A stretch of DNA of 64,000 nucleotides. Source: Octopus sinensis (taxonomy: Eukaryota). The position numbers and the translations under genes are program-made. A model generated the notes under the pieces. The model searched no databases, had not been told where the DNA came from, and was given only the letters and a program-made list of their open reading frames with translations. Location: the NCBI RefSeq assembly GCF_006345805.1, contig NC_043011.1, positions 12,350,464 through 12,414,463 on the forward strand, in the 5' to 3' direction. This document shows, one piece after another, positions 24,189-39,765 of this stretch. Position 1 is the first letter of the stretch, and every line of letters begins with the position of its first letter.

Positions 24189-25289
24189 ACAATAAATGTC
24201 TTAAGGCTGTATCATGCGTGGGGACATAGAAATAATCGGACTGAATACCCGATCACAAGGTTAAACCATTGGGAGTGAAGGACTCCTAGCTTTTGTTAGG
24301 GCATCCTTCTAGGAAAAGGTAACTCAGGTAACTGGAATAACTCTGACATAAAACCTGCGGCTCAGTGGTTACCGATGATGTTGACTTGTTCTTCTTTTCG
24401 AATAATGGCTACTGTTGCTTAGTGAGTGGGATTGACTCAGTGCACAGCCTTTCCTCACTTTAAATAAAATCTTGCACAGGCATTGCATGATAACAACATT
24501 GATTAAGCTTCGTGCAATGGCCATACTCGATAATGAGGGGGCAGTCACCATATATATAGGAGGCGCAATGGCTCTGTGGTTAGGGGAGTGGACTTAATAT
24601 ATTGGCTTTCCTTTCAATGATGATCCCCCCACACAATACTTCTTCAATTGCTAGTACCTACATGCTCTTCTTATCTGAGCTTATTCTTACCCTAAATTTA
24701 TTCACTTTATTCACTGGTGGAATTTTACCCACACCTAAGCTATGTGACTTTCAAGACTTGGATTGGTTTCAATTAAACTAACCTGTTTGTAGACACATCA
24801 AGGTTCATAACTCTGTTGTCAATTCTATTGGCCAATCATAGAATAACTTTATTTACCAGAAAATAACTCATCTGCTAAATCTTATTCACCAGCAGCGAAC
24901 ATCTCTAACATAACCTTCAGCTTCCCTGAAACCTTTTTCACTATCGATAGCATTTATATTCCACAAATTTCTCTTAATTTTTCTTCTCATTCCATATTTC
25001 CCTCTCCACACTAAATCCATCATTTCTCCACAGTTTCTGTGACCACTCTGTTGGTTATTCTTCAACTTGAAGATTGAAGGAATTAACTTTATATGTGGTT
25101 AGCATTACTCATTGTTAAATTTTATTCTCTGCCACACCTGGGATATAAGCTATTACCTTGCTGTTACACATACCTATACCAATAAACCATGAGATGGTAT
25201 GATAGTCACTACAAGGTCACTTGATCTGCTACAAATAACAGCCAGATCTTTATCAAATCAAACCTGACTGTTTTATGTACACTCTCTCT

Positions 25290-25497
25290 TTACTCTTTTA
25301 CTTGTTTCAGTCATTTGACTGTGGCCATGCAGGAGCACTGCCTTTAGTTGAGCAAATCGACCCCAGGACTTATTCTTTGTAAGTCTAGTACTTATTCTAT
25401 CAGCCTCTTTTGCCGAACTGCTAAGTTACGGAGACGCAATCACACCAGCATCGGTTGTCAAGCGATGTTGGGGGGACAAACACAGACACGTAAACAT

Positions 25498-25534
<37 letters not shown>

Positions 25535-25693
25535 CGATAGGCTTCTTTCAGTTTCCGTCTACCAAATCCACTCACAAGGCTTTGGTCAGCTCAAGGCTAT
25601 AGTAGAAGACACTTGCTCAAGGTGCCACGCAGTGGGACTGAACCCAGAACCATGTGGTTGGCAAGCAAGCTACTTACTACACAGCCACTCTTG
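25290..25693 (-). mobile_element. SINE family A
   Basis: Full length. Confidence 0.9.
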
Positions 25694-26466
25694 TGCCTCT
25701 ATGTCGATATATATAAAAATGGAATGATCACAGCTGGAATATTTCCCATCTTAGGTATATCTGTTGGATAAGAACTAATTTGAGGCTATACAATAACTTT
25801 GAACCAAACTCTTCTTTCTGTTCTATTACACATGATAGTCCTTCTTTTTCAACACTCTATCTTAAGCAAATCTTCATATCTACTTTCTGACCTTCAAACC
25901 TGATCTTTCTCCAAACTTCTTTTTCAAGTATGCCACCTTGATCCTTAATATTTCTCCCCTTTTTGAAAACTTCAGTTTTAGGATGTATCCAAGACGTTTC
26001 TCTGTAGTTCCTTTACCCTCCTGTTGTTGCTTGCCCTCAGCAATAAGCCCTCTTTCATTACGTTTTCTTTTTATTCAACCCATAGTCAGACCTTTCCTTC
26101 TCTTTGCCTACAACTCTTTTCTCCTAATTTTCCTGTCTCTCCACCCTCTTGCATTATATTTTACATTATATCTTCAACTATTGGCGGTGCCCCAGCATGG
26201 CTACAGCTGAAACGAGCTGAAACTAGATAAAATAAAAAAAAATTTTAAATATTGATTATTTGCAATCATAAATCACTTAACTTCACAATATACAAAGTTA
26301 TTTTACAAATTACAGGTCAAGACATGGTTGTGATTAAGAAGTCTGCTTCCTAATCATGTGGTTTCAATTGACCAAAACCTTGTGAGTAGATTTAGTAGAC
26401 AGAAACTGAAAGGAGCCTGTTGCAGATACATACATAGAGATACATACATATGAACAAACACACGCA

Positions 26467-26554
<88 letters not shown>

Positions 26555-26934
26555 TATGTTTGACACCTGTTGTCTTGATTGACATCATAAGATAGTTGTA
26601 AATGAGCATCACCCACCTACATATGCGGTGTCCTGTATTCGCAGTTTTTCATGAAAACATAGGGAAATGTTGCATTGCCATAGGGAATCTACTATTTGAT
26701 CCATGTAAGCATGAAAAGTGAACATCAAAACAATGAAGAGGATAAAAATATATTCAGTCAGTCTGCCACAATTCAAAGTTTGACCACTTCTTGTATGTGC
26801 TGTTTCCATGCATGAGCATGTAAGTGGCTTTTGAATTCTGAGAGCTGTTTGCAATTTGTGTTACAAACAGTGCAAATATGTCTCACCTCCAGGGGCACAG
26901 TATTGTTTGTCATGTCTGATTTATGGATTTTTAA

Positions 26935-27154
26935 CCCTTTTGTTACTGTATTTATTTTGAGATGCTCTGTGTTTCTTTCAATTACTTTAAATATAACAAA
27001 GGATTTAGTAAAACAACTTAGTTATCATTAAGCTAGTGTTAGGAACATAACTTGCGACTAAGGTTTGGTGGAAGATTTTAATCCAAAACTTATGAAAACA
27101 AGACATTTGTACTCAGAACCAGAGCCAGTTTCAGCCGGGTTGGTAAGGAAAGGG
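26935..27154 (+). mobile_element. piggyBac-like MITE
   Basis: TTAA|CCCTTT...AAAGGG|TTAA. Confidence 0.85.
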
Positions 27155-27477
27155 TTAAATACCTTTTAGGCCAGCATAGGACTTGCATGTCTCATTAAAA
27201 ATATGTCATACGAGTGTGTCTGCTGGATTGATCTTTGTGCCATTTAAGCCAACTGTATGAAAATAAGTTCTGAGAAGTGATGTTAAGCCAGCCTTACAAA
27301 GACCAGTCTAACCACGCTGAAAGGTCACTGAAGAGTGACATTATTTCCACATTTAGCACAGTGTTATTTTGCTATAGTTCTCCTTTCATTTTTGCGTATT
27401 TCTGTTTATTTTCTTCAAAATCTTTTAAATACATACATTTATAAACACATACATATGTATATATATGTGCATGTGTA

Positions 27478-27520
<43 letters not shown>

Positions 27521-27559
27521 GTGTGGATGGAACCTACACTCGTCTCCTTATGAGAGCTC

Positions 27560-27877
27560 AAAATCTCTCGTGGAAGTGTCATCCAACCTAAGTACAAATA
27601 TATGGGAAACTAGCACCTGTGTCATCTCTTGTGAAAGGTAGGAGAGTCCAGTTTGCTGGACATTGTTGTAGAGCTGAAAACGAGGTAATTTCTACTCTTC
27701 TCCTCTGGAAGCCATCTACTCGCAATACCAGAGGGCACACGCTCTCCTACCCTGATGTAATCTCCAGGGATACCGGCATCCAGCAACAGGACCTCCGTAA
27801 TGCTATGATGGACCATGAAGTCTGGCGTAGCATAGTAAATTCCATTGTCTTGACCACGGTCGAACGATGATGATGAT
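27560..27877 (+). mobile_element. RTE-like LINE 3' end with (GAT)n tail
   Basis: SSLVKGRRVQFAGHCCRAENEVISTLLLWKP...YPDVISRDTG...AMMDHEVWRSIV. Confidence 0.8.
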
Positions 27878-28514
27878 GTGTGTGTGTGTGTATGTTATAT
27901 TTGTAAATAGGGAACCCAGTTTGTCTTTCAAACATGTAATATTGAAAGCATGGCTGTGTGTAATTTTCTTCATATTTATTCACAGCTTTTGTATTTCATT
28001 ATTAGTACTGTTACGTTTCACTTGGGACAATAGCATTCCTAAATTTATAAATCCATTAATGTTTCAAGACCTTCAAGGCCTCATCATCATGATGAAAGGA
28101 TAGTAATAATAGTGTGCTGTTTACATACTTCGCAGTAGGTCACATTACATTACAGGAATATTATTGTAACTGACAAAATCATCAATGCTGTATTTAAAAT
28201 TATTGGCTATTTAAGCACTGATTTCATGGTTTATTTTATGTGCTGTTAAGTTTTGGTTTACATTTTGCTGTTACATTTTGCATGGAGTTTTTACCAATAT
28301 ATGGAGCAAAATGAAATAAGATTTTCATTTTACTTCCATAGTAAAGTTCTTCTCATTTTTTTTTTTAGGAATTCTAAATGAAACTATTCTTATTTTGTTT
28401 ATTGTATTATATGTTGCAAGTAAAACAAACAGTATTAATGCTGGTTATTCTAATAAACTTGAACAATATAAGAACAAATTCACTTGCACTGATGTAACAG
28501 ATGTAGCACCCAGG

Positions 28515-28724
28515 AAAGATGCCTCGCCTGGCACCTGTGCCAGTGGCACGTAAAAAACATCCACTACACTCATGGAGTGGTTGGCGTTAGGAAGGGCATC
28601 CAGCTGTAGAAACACTGCCAGATCAGACTGGAGCCTGGTGCAGCCTTCTGGCTTCCCAGATCCCGGTCGAACTGTCCAACCCATGCTAGCATGGAGAACG
28701 GACGTTAAATGATGATGATGATGA
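28515..28724 (+). mobile_element. Family C retroposon
   Basis: Same 3' core. Confidence 0.85.
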
Positions 28725-31700
28725 TATGGTATACTACATGAACCAAATGTACCCCAGTTCATTAAAAGTTAATAAATCAAAACCTAACATGTATCACATC
28801 TAATTACATTGTCATAATTAGAATATGTTACAATAATTAACCTAAAATGAAACCACAAATTTGCACACTAGAGAATATACTTCAGACAACTAATATAATG
28901 TACAAATTTCAATATAAACAATGAAAATAGTAAACTCTATGACTAAAACTGTTACATTAGATACACAAGCATGATACTTTCTCACTGGTTGACCATGCAC
29001 ATACAACAAGAAGTTAATGCAATACATATTATAATACCTGAAATATAATTAGATAAAAAACAGTACAACAGTTTTATATAAAATTTCACAATAATTGAGA
29101 GAATTTTTTATAGAAGTTTTACTAACAGCTAAAACAAATAAAAAAAAATTAAAATACAGATACACAACTCATGAAATAAAATATGAAATCAGGACTTAAC
29201 AGTTGAACTATTAATTTAAAAGCTTTTTGAAAAGGGCTTTTTATTGTCAAAAATTTTGTATATTAAATAGTAAAATTAGATAATATCGTTGTAGTGTTAG
29301 GTTTTCTGTTAATTTTTGTACAATGTTATTACAAACACCTAATAAATTTCAAGTTTATACACACATGTGTATATGTATTCTGTGTATGTGTGTGTGTATG
29401 TGAGAGAGAGAGAAATTGTGGATACTAGAAATGGGTGACTAGGGATTGTCTAAATCAGCTTGAATTAAAACTAACATTAAAACTATGTTGAATGGCTCCT
29501 TCTCGTATCAGTCTCACATTCACTTCACAAAATAAACATCGTCAACAACAATGAGCCAGCAATGTAACCCTTATGTGGTTCACTCGATTTGCTAGATATA
29601 GCAGCCAAATTTCCCCCAAATCACACTGTACTGTTTTAAAAAAGAACTATATTACCCAATGACTTCAAACTATATTAGTTAATGTAGTTTGGCATACACA
29701 TGCCTGAAATAAAAGTAGAATAATCATCCCTAGAATGTCATTAGTCATAGGTCTGCCTGATTGAGGCCATCTTGGGAGCAAACACCAGCAAACACAACTT
29801 TTGTTTTCATTTATTTTGAAGTAATTAAAGGAATACTAGAAAGGTAATTTCACTTGGGGTCAGATAGTTAAATAATTTGTAATGAAGCCTTTGAAATTGC
29901 TGACAAAATAACATTATGTATAACAAAGGTAGCAAGGAGAAATAAATGTTTTGAAATTATAGAATCATGTTAATGAGAATCAATTAAATTAAGGCAGATT
30001 TTCATAATTTTAGACGTAGTATCAGGATTTTACTAAAACATGTATTCAGAAATATGAAGAGTGTAATATAACGTTTTACCAAAATATAGAACTAAATTTA
30101 ATGGTGTTAGAGGATGTATTTTCTCATATCAAGACATGAAGCAATATTCAGTAGTTAAGGATATGGAGTTTTTACCAATATAGGGAGCAAAAAAAAATAA
30201 GATTTTCATTTTTATTTTGGTGAAGCGACTATAAGTACTTAGCAGAAAATAAATCATTTTAACTGCAATCATTAATCTACAGAAATTCCTTTGATGTGAT
30301 GCCACACTTCAAAATCAATGAGAAACCTTGGTTACTGTCAACAATTTAAGTGCATTCTTTGGACAGTATTTGATGGAGCAATGTGGTAAGTACAAAGCTG
30401 AGTAACCACAAAGCATTTCCAGCAAGTTCCTGGCTGTATTACAAAGGTGTCCAAAATGGATTGAGAATCTGTATATTATTAACCTTGGCCTAGCAGAATC
30501 AAAGTAACAGACCCGAGAAAGTAGTTTTGTATGGAAAACTTGAGAAAAATCACAGACAAGTACATAAATAGAAGTGCATGGAGTGCTATGCAAATGGAAT
30601 TGTATGGTAAGTTAAAAGCTATATGGTTTGGTAGTTGAGAGAAAATAAGGTAGAGACATGTGGTTAGCAACTAATGTTTCCAGCAACATGAAAAAGAAGT
30701 AAACAAAAGATTTTCTGGTTTTCATATAAACCAAACATTTAGATGCTTAGCAGGAAACATTAAGTAATTCTCAGTACCATAATTTCCACAATTCCGAAAT
30801 ATATCTAATGTAAAATAAAAGGTAAACTAATGGATTTTTTATTATTTTTATTTACTCCAATTTCTGAAATTAATGTTTTAAAAACAGGTAGTGCTTCTAA
30901 AGTATGAAATAGTTCATGAAGTGCAACTAGTAACTACTTTTTAAATTGACAAACTAAAGTAAGAAATAGAATAGTTTATCTCAAAGGTCAAATCTTAAAA
31001 AATATTGAAGAGATTGTTTTAACAGAAAGGACTATTCAAATTTTAGTTATTTAATACATTATATTATAGGAACATATAAAATGGAACTTTCATACATTTT
31101 ATGAAGATTCAGTGAGACTAGTAACTACTGAAGGAAAATTTGAAGAAAAACATGTCAAAGAAAACAAAAGCACTTCCTTTGTGTATTAAATTTTTGCAAG
31201 GTGACTATGTAATTGTATGAAGATGACTAACTTCAGGTTCTAGCCATGATAAAAAGAAAGCAGTAATATACTGTAATCTGTGGCAAAGAGGCAACACAAT
31301 TTAAATTTAGTACTTTAAATATTTGAACAGAATAAGAAGTGCTAAATATTTTTAAATTTCAGAAAAGTGAACTTTAGTTTAATTTGGAACTGTGAATGAA
31401 TTTTTGTGGAAGTGAAAGAAATTAAAGAAAGTAATATTGGTTTGACCTTGATATTTGCTAAGACAGATGCACATACACATATATATTTATGTATATATAT
31501 ATATATGTTTAACTTTTCAAGTAAAACATAAACAGCATGTTCACAAGAATGTCTAAATCATTTCAATGGCTGCTAATGAAGATCAAGTATTATATGACAA
31601 ACATTAGTAAATAAACAGTCTTTTGATAACACTATTGACAGTTATAATATCCACAAAGAGACTACTCAGTACTAATCTGTTAATCAATAATTGATTGATA

Positions 31701-32446
31701 ACTGGTAAGGATTCATAAAATGAAAAATAGCAACTGCTCAAACTGTGACTGACTGAGAATTCTTGCTTTTGAATCTTAATATATATTATATTTTAGTGAG
31801 AGTTGTTGTTGAGCAGGTAGGTATGGAAAGGAAATATAGAGAAAAATGTTCAAATGTCTATCGGGTCTTAATGTTTCTGTCACTAATAATAGCCAGTCTG
31901 GTTGAAGTAGTAAACATTTTAGAACTATTGATCATGGGGTAATTATTTAATCATAGAGATAAAGATTTTTGGTAGACTAGTATAATATTCTTCAAGTAGA
32001 CCGAAAGAAAAATGAAATAATTTTGTGTATCAACACAACTATTCATCTTCTGTGTACATAAGATTTTCCTTCACTATGTTCTAACAATCTTCTGCTTACA
32101 ATATACACGGTTTGTTATTGCTTGTATGCTGAATAATATATAATGTATAATACATATGTTCAATGTCATATACGTAGAAATATTTTCACCTGTTAGTTAT
32201 GTATAATTGGTTATTGCATATAGAGAATATTAATATTTGCTAACTAAAACGTTTTAATACAAATGATATATATATATATGGCCAGATAACCAAAGAGATG
32301 GTGTTGTGGATTTCCACCTCGCCATCTGAAACTCAGAGTTTTATCTTGGCTATTGAATAATTGTCACATATTATTTTACAGATAAATTTCCTCTATTTAC
32401 ATAATATTGAGGTCTCTTTCTTTCTTTTGTTATCTTACCGTTTTTA

Positions 32447-32494
<48 letters not shown>

Positions 32495-34196
32495 CATATA
32501 TATATATATTACTGATTATTTTACATATGGTGTAATAAACTGAAATATATTCATATATTTTAGTTCAGACACATATTCTTAAGAGTTGGAACAACTTGCA
32601 TAAGGAATACAGTTTTACAAGTGTAGCAGTTACAGACATAGTTGTAAAGGTGGAAATAGTGAAATAATGTTTCAAAAACAATGGAGTTTTAATAACTTAA
32701 AAAGAATTTATATTTGCATTTGGATTGCTGCCTTTATCAAATAGTTTATTCATCTTATTTTCTGTAACGTCAAATAAAATACTTTAATTGCTACCATGAA
32801 TATATTTCAATGTAAATATAGAACAGTAAAAAAAAAAGATACAAATAAAATTTCTGTTTTAAGGAAAATAATGATTTGTAGTTAATGTTAGTTATTAATG
32901 ATTTTTGTATAAATGTCACATTTGAAAGTCATGTTTAATGAAATAATACTAAAGCTTTGTATGTGATAGGTGCACATTAGCAGAACAAACTGTGCTGTGT
33001 TTGACATCTGTTTTATTCAGTTAACAACAGAAAGTTTTAGATTTCTGTCAAAATTATTTTGATGGAATAAACAGACAATTTCTGATTTTCTGGCAGAGTT
33101 TATTTCAAAATAAATCGCATAATAATTATATAGATTGTTATGTTTGCATGTACTCAGTGGCAGCAGAAATAGAAGGATTTCTTCTGACTGCTTGATGCCC
33201 TTGCTAGTGGCAATCCCACTGTCGTGAAGCAAGTATCAATGTGCCATGCCAAAGACATATTGTCTATAACGAAATTTTAATTTATAATTAAAGGTCACAC
33301 ACCTTGCTTTTTCTTTCACCTTGTCTACATTCGTACACACACACACACAAGCGCACATGCATGCACACACACACGTGCACAAGCATGCACACACACACAC
33401 ACACATAAATCTGTCGAATTTTTGCAAAACAAATAAATATTTAGATTTGGCACAAGACATAAACTTCTTCAAATTTATTTGAAATATGAAATCATATTTT
33501 GGAAATATAAGCAAACAGACTTATAACTGCTGATACTTCCTCGTGGTTAAAATCTAAGACAGCATTTTAATCCAGAACATGCTGCATTTAGAAGATCACC
33601 TGGGTTTGTCACCAAATTATAACATATGTATTATGTATATGTATATGCATGTATTTCTGTATATAACACCTCACCTGCATACACATATATATTTACACAC
33701 TCTAATTATCAGGTTTGATGACAAATCCAGGTAAACTTTTAAAAATGCATGCCTTGGATTAATAGGTATGAACACATTGAAGAAGCCCACAGTTGTCACC
33801 TGTTAGTAGGTTTACGAAGCTGAAAATACACCTGGGAAATCAGGTACTAATTCCATATTGCAAGAGGAACAGAGGCACATGGAGTTGTCATGCTTAAAAA
33901 CAAAATAAAATGCCTGCTGCAGATGTGAATTAATGATATTTAAGCAGGTACACATATTTTGTTATTCAGCATGTATATTTGCAACCTCATACTCTCAAAC
34001 ATGCTCATACACCCACACATCAATTTATAATTACACACACACATGAACACATGTGTATATATGTGTGTATGTGTCTAGCATGCATATTGTAGCAATGTGT
34101 CATTTAATGTGTATATACTTATTGGTAATTTATTAATTGACATTATTTTATTACATTTTTCAATTGACATAAAAAAAAGTAGAAATTGTTACTAAC

Positions 34197-34304
34197 CTCT
34201 CTTTTGGTAAGTTCACATTGGTTAAGTTGAGGTAATTATTCCGAACGCTGCGTAAACTGGCCAGAATCTGGGCAAATGGGGTAACAATCAAATCCTCTGA
34301 ATGT
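34197..34304 (-). CDS. PDE4: PDE4 (dunce-like cAMP phosphodiesterase) internal exon, C-terminal half of UCR1
   Basis: Encodes [30 protein letters not shown], matching the PDE4 UCR1 motif (H[22 protein letters not shown]). Acceptor TGTCTTCTTCTTCCAG| before 34304, donor |GTTAGT after 34197. Length 108 nt, phase 2-2. Confidence 0.93.
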
Positions 34305-34525
34305 CTGGAAGAAGAAGACAAAGAATTTTTGCTTTTACTTCGTGGCTCTCGTCTTAATTTTGACAGCCAGTTTCGAGCTTTTCCTTGGCTGCCCGATGAG
34401 GTATTAAGATTGGGAGATAGATATTGCATGTTGACTGTAATTACTGGTACAGTAAGACTGTCCAAATCACTACTGCTACTCGGATGGCGCCGACGAAAAA
34501 GACTTCGACTCCTATGCCCACTCAT
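34197..34525 (-). CDS. PDE4: Putative alternative first coding exon of a PDE4 short isoform (unique N-terminus read through into the UCR1 exon)
   Basis: The frame stays open for 73 codons upstream of the acceptor ([17 protein letters not shown]...[42 protein letters not shown]), with non-repetitive protein-like composition. ATGs at 34525 and 34429. Confidence 0.65.
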
Positions 34526-36107
34526 CCATACAGATATAATGGAACCAATTTATCAAAATATAATTGAGATTCTGGTGTATGGTTAATAATAGCTTCCTCT
34601 TCTACGGAACAGAAGACAAGCCATGTACAATAGAATTCAATCCAAGAAGAGCAAGTAGATAAATATATAAAAAAACAATAGCATTGTATTTGTTTTGTAG
34701 TATTGAAACATCAACAAGGAGTACATATCAGCTTGTTCTAAACAAAGCATACGACATCCATAAGAATATTCTTTAAGTCATGCTACTATGATAACAAGCC
34801 CATCAAAAGAATATGTAACGTTAAATGGAATAGAGCCTGTTGATAAGTAAATCTAAGACATAATTGGTACATTATAGAGCTTACATGCATAGAATAATAG
34901 TAACAAGAATAAATATCGAGTCAATCTGATTTAGGTAGTGGCATCATTGTAGTAGTCTTCCAATCAAAGTAAATGCAAGGTTATCACAAACAGCACAATA
35001 TACAGAGGTATATTTGAAGATTTCATAATAAAACTTATTGAAAATATCACAGTAAATAGAAGTTATCAATCCAATTAAAACATGTAAAATGTAGCATGTA
35101 GGTTATAGTAATCCAATTGTGAGTATCTGTAAACTGCTATGTGTGTAGTGAGTGTTATTCCAAAACAGAGCTAGCAGAGAGAAATATAGATTTTGGGCTG
35201 TAAACTGGCATCAGTTGTCAATATTAAAATAATTTTTTTTTTCTTGGCATACATGCAAATCAATACTTTTTCTTTACATGTAGGCAAATCAATAGATAAT
35301 GAACAATTTAGCTTTAAAAATTTAAGGAGAAAATAAAGCTCTGGATCATATTTCCATAAACATATTTTTGAGGTAACACACCAAATTGACAAACACATAC
35401 ACATACTCATACACATGTGTGCACGTGCGCATGCACACACACACACACATACACCAGCATTGACACACACATACATACACACGTACACACACATACACAA
35501 GCATTCACACACACACACACACACACGTATGCGCACACACACAAATAACTAACAATACAAAATATAATTGGTATTAGCAAGTGTTATTGTGTATGCCATC
35601 TTCTAGGGAGAAGATATCTTTCTTGGCATAGATTTTACATATTATTATTATTATCTGTAGTAAATAAATGATATATCTGAAGAAGTAGCCAAGTGTGATT
35701 GCAAGGTAGAGAATACAGTTATTGAAAAAAGGTAATGATTGCTTTGGCTTTTGTAGATGTAGTTGGCTAGCCAAAATGTGAACTAGTTGGAAGGTTGAAG
35801 ACATGTTAAGGAGAAAAAGTTGCAAAATAGAGACACGTTTATTAAAAATGTAAATAATATACATACACGTATTTATTTATACTCACACACACACATACAA
35901 ATACATGCATAAATATATATACATAGATTATACACACACACACATATTATATACATGCACACTTACATATGTGTGAGTAAATGGAAAGATAGAAATTCAC
36001 ACAGGGACAGGTGTAGAAAGACTGAGAGGTGTCGTTTTTAATGAAGAAATTTGACAGCTGAGGAGAGAATCATTCATTAACTATTTTTATATTTAGTGAC
36101 CATCACC

Positions 36108-36640
<533 letters not shown>

Positions 36641-36771
36641 GTGGTGAGACAACCTAACAAATAGAAAAACAGGAGAGGAAGCAGGAAAAGCAGAAAGAGA
36701 AAAAAAATGAGAGAAAGGAAATTGGAGAATAAAGAGAAAATGAGAAAGAGAAAGAGAAAGAGAGAGAGAGT

Positions 36772-36807
<36 letters not shown>

Positions 36808-39321
36808 AAGAGAGAGAGTGTGTGTGTGCATGGAGGAGGAAAGAGAGAAATAATCTAAAATCTTAAATCTGTTCATCAAAGGGAACCAGTATTGGCTTGG
36901 ATAGTTTCCTTCCATAGTAGTTCCACTGCAATCACTAACACTTACTACTTAGCTTTTGTTAATAAATTTCACTGTAAATGCTAAGACTGCATATTATGGT
37001 TGCTGTTTCTATTTCTGAGGCTGCTACCGTTGCTTCATCTGCAACAACTGCTGCTGTCACATTTTCTTCAATATACCAGCATAAAAGAGGGTAGTGAAAT
37101 ACCTTCTAAATCGAAACAGCATAACAGATCGAAGATGAACAGAAATGCTCTAACACATCACAGTCAGCATATGTGTTTATTACATTTAAATTTCAAACAC
37201 GTCTCCATTAAGATCAATAATTTTTACCTTTTATCTTTAATATTACAAGTATTTGATATCAACAGCATGTGAAATATTAAAATAAAATTATAGCCAGTGT
37301 AGTGTAATATCAGTAAGCAATGTGCTTCAAGAATAATTGATTATTCTCACTAGATTATTTATAAAGAAGTTATTCTCATTGTTTATAAAAGATTTGTCTA
37401 TAGAAAGGCATTTTTAATGATTAGTCAATAAGGAGCTAAAGTCTTTCTTACACACACATATTTAACACTATGCATACAAGCTCTGATATCATACCTATAG
37501 ACTTATAAACAACACAATAGTTGAAGTTATATCATAATTATAAGTCAGATCATTAGTTGCTGATGTTAAGCAATATAAAAGGAACTGCTATGCCAGTTTA
37601 CTAATGACTTAATCATTTTTTGTATAATATTTTAGAGCTAGCTGGTTTTAATGATGCTTTCTATGGACAGCTGAGACAAATTAATCAGGCCTGTAAAATA
37701 AGTACATGCTCAGACCCTCAATGATAAATAGTGGGAAGTGATATCAAATACTCTTCAGAACAGTATTTAATATCACTTTATGGACAGATGTAGTAGGAAA
37801 TAATTGTACTGTTGTCTAAATTGAGCAATTTTAAACTGTGGTAGATAATTATCTGAGAAGCTTTCGTGAGTTAACAATGTGTTCTAAGCACTGGAGTGGA
37901 AGTCACAATTTTTATTGGTAATATTTTTTTTCATTTTTTCTTTCACTAACCATAAACGGAAGTTGTTTTTAAAATTAGACATTAAAGAAAAAAAATTATG
38001 GCTGAATGCACCTCTGGCAGAGAATGATTTCTTTGTTCTTGATGTACTCAGGTAATAGAAACAATGAAAGCCTCAACTACACATGTGATTCAATGTCTTC
38101 GGAAAGATTTGAATATCACACTTATGGATCTGATTTTAACACTTTAACTACTGAGTTATTTAAATATTTTATAGAAATATAAAGAAACAAAGCTCAAAGA
38201 TAATATATATTCTGACACTGAAATAAAGCTGGAAACTTCACTAAATTTTATTTCAAGTGCAAATAAGTTTTGTGGAAAATACTTTATAAATGTCTCTTCT
38301 AAGAAAATGATTTCCAATAATTGAAAATTTAGAAATCTTAAGAGAATATCTTTTTTGTAGGAAAGCTTATAAATTTGGTCTTGCACTTATTGACTTAACA
38401 CATGTTATAATTACTATATAAAAAAATCCATAATGATTTTTATTTCATCAGTAATAGAACTTTATGTATTAAATTGTTGCAGTTCTTTGGGTGTGAAAGA
38501 TAAAGTTGTCCATAAATAAATACTGATTTTAATACACATGTAGGAGCATTATTAAAGAGAAACTGCTTTTGTGAAAAACAATTGAAAAATATTTGGTTTT
38601 TGGATTTGGTTTGCAAGATTCTTTATATGAGTTCGTGTGTTGAAGCATATTTTAGTGTCTGGAGGATAGTCATTTTCTTTTTTGAAAAATACTTCTGACA
38701 AAGTGATTATGTGCCTGTGTCCTCTAGCTTGTGCTTATATGTGTTTCATTGACCTCCTGGTCAAAATTTTTCAGCATCCTCTGTAATGGACTTGTTCCTT
38801 AACCAGAGCTGAGTCTGATTTTGTGCATATATTTTCATGGGTGAGTGAGAGAGAGAATGAGAGAGAGAGAGAGAGAGAGAGTGCATGAACATGCATAAAT
38901 GCAATCATCTTCAGCATGCATAGTGATGTGTGTGTGTGTGTATATGCACGCACAAATACACACACACTAAATTTGCTGCACTTATAATGCAAAATGTTTT
39001 TTGGAAATACAAACGCCTTTTAAAAGTTAAGCTACAGAAGTTATAAAAGACATCGAAATCACTTCTTAAAGGAAGGTTTTAAAGTCATTTTCTTGTGTAA
39101 GGGTGTTTCAAAACACTGGAGGCATTTATGAACCAAGAAAGCCTTTACATAGTTGCTAAGCCTGCTAGTAATAGCAGCTAGATTCCCCTCAAGTCCTGCC
39201 CTATCGTCTTAAAACAAGGACACACTAGGCAAAGTATTTCTAGACACGCAAAAAGATAAAATGGTAGAAGCTGGAATATCTTTTAAGTTAAGTCTGTTTA
39301 ATCAGAACTTTCTTGAAGCTA

Positions 39322-39646
<325 letters not shown>

Positions 39647-39765
39647 AGTAGAAACATTTCTCTTTCTACTCAAACTGACTAAATATTAGTAGTTTAGTGG
39701 CTGTGTGGCAGAACCATCTTGACTGCTGACATTTTAGTTCCCTTTTTGTCATATGTGTCATTTTA

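Noticed and set aside
24230-24420. Hairpin-rich segment resembling an RTE 5'UTR, checked for an HDV ribozyme
   Set aside because: Only simple hairpins; I could not build the nested double pseudoknot.
28282-30213. ~50-bp direct repeat (28282-28332 and 30163-30213)
   Set aside because: Most likely fragments of a small dispersed repeat; no LTR or TSD features.
30315-30670. Minus-strand ORFs of 92 and 63 aa
   Set aside because: No recognisable motif or convincing splice sites.
1-34196. PDE4 LR1/UCR2/catalytic exons
   Set aside because: No LDWCLDQLE, FKRMLN or catalytic motifs were found by eye. They probably lie outside the window, though a small poorly conserved linker exon could be missed.
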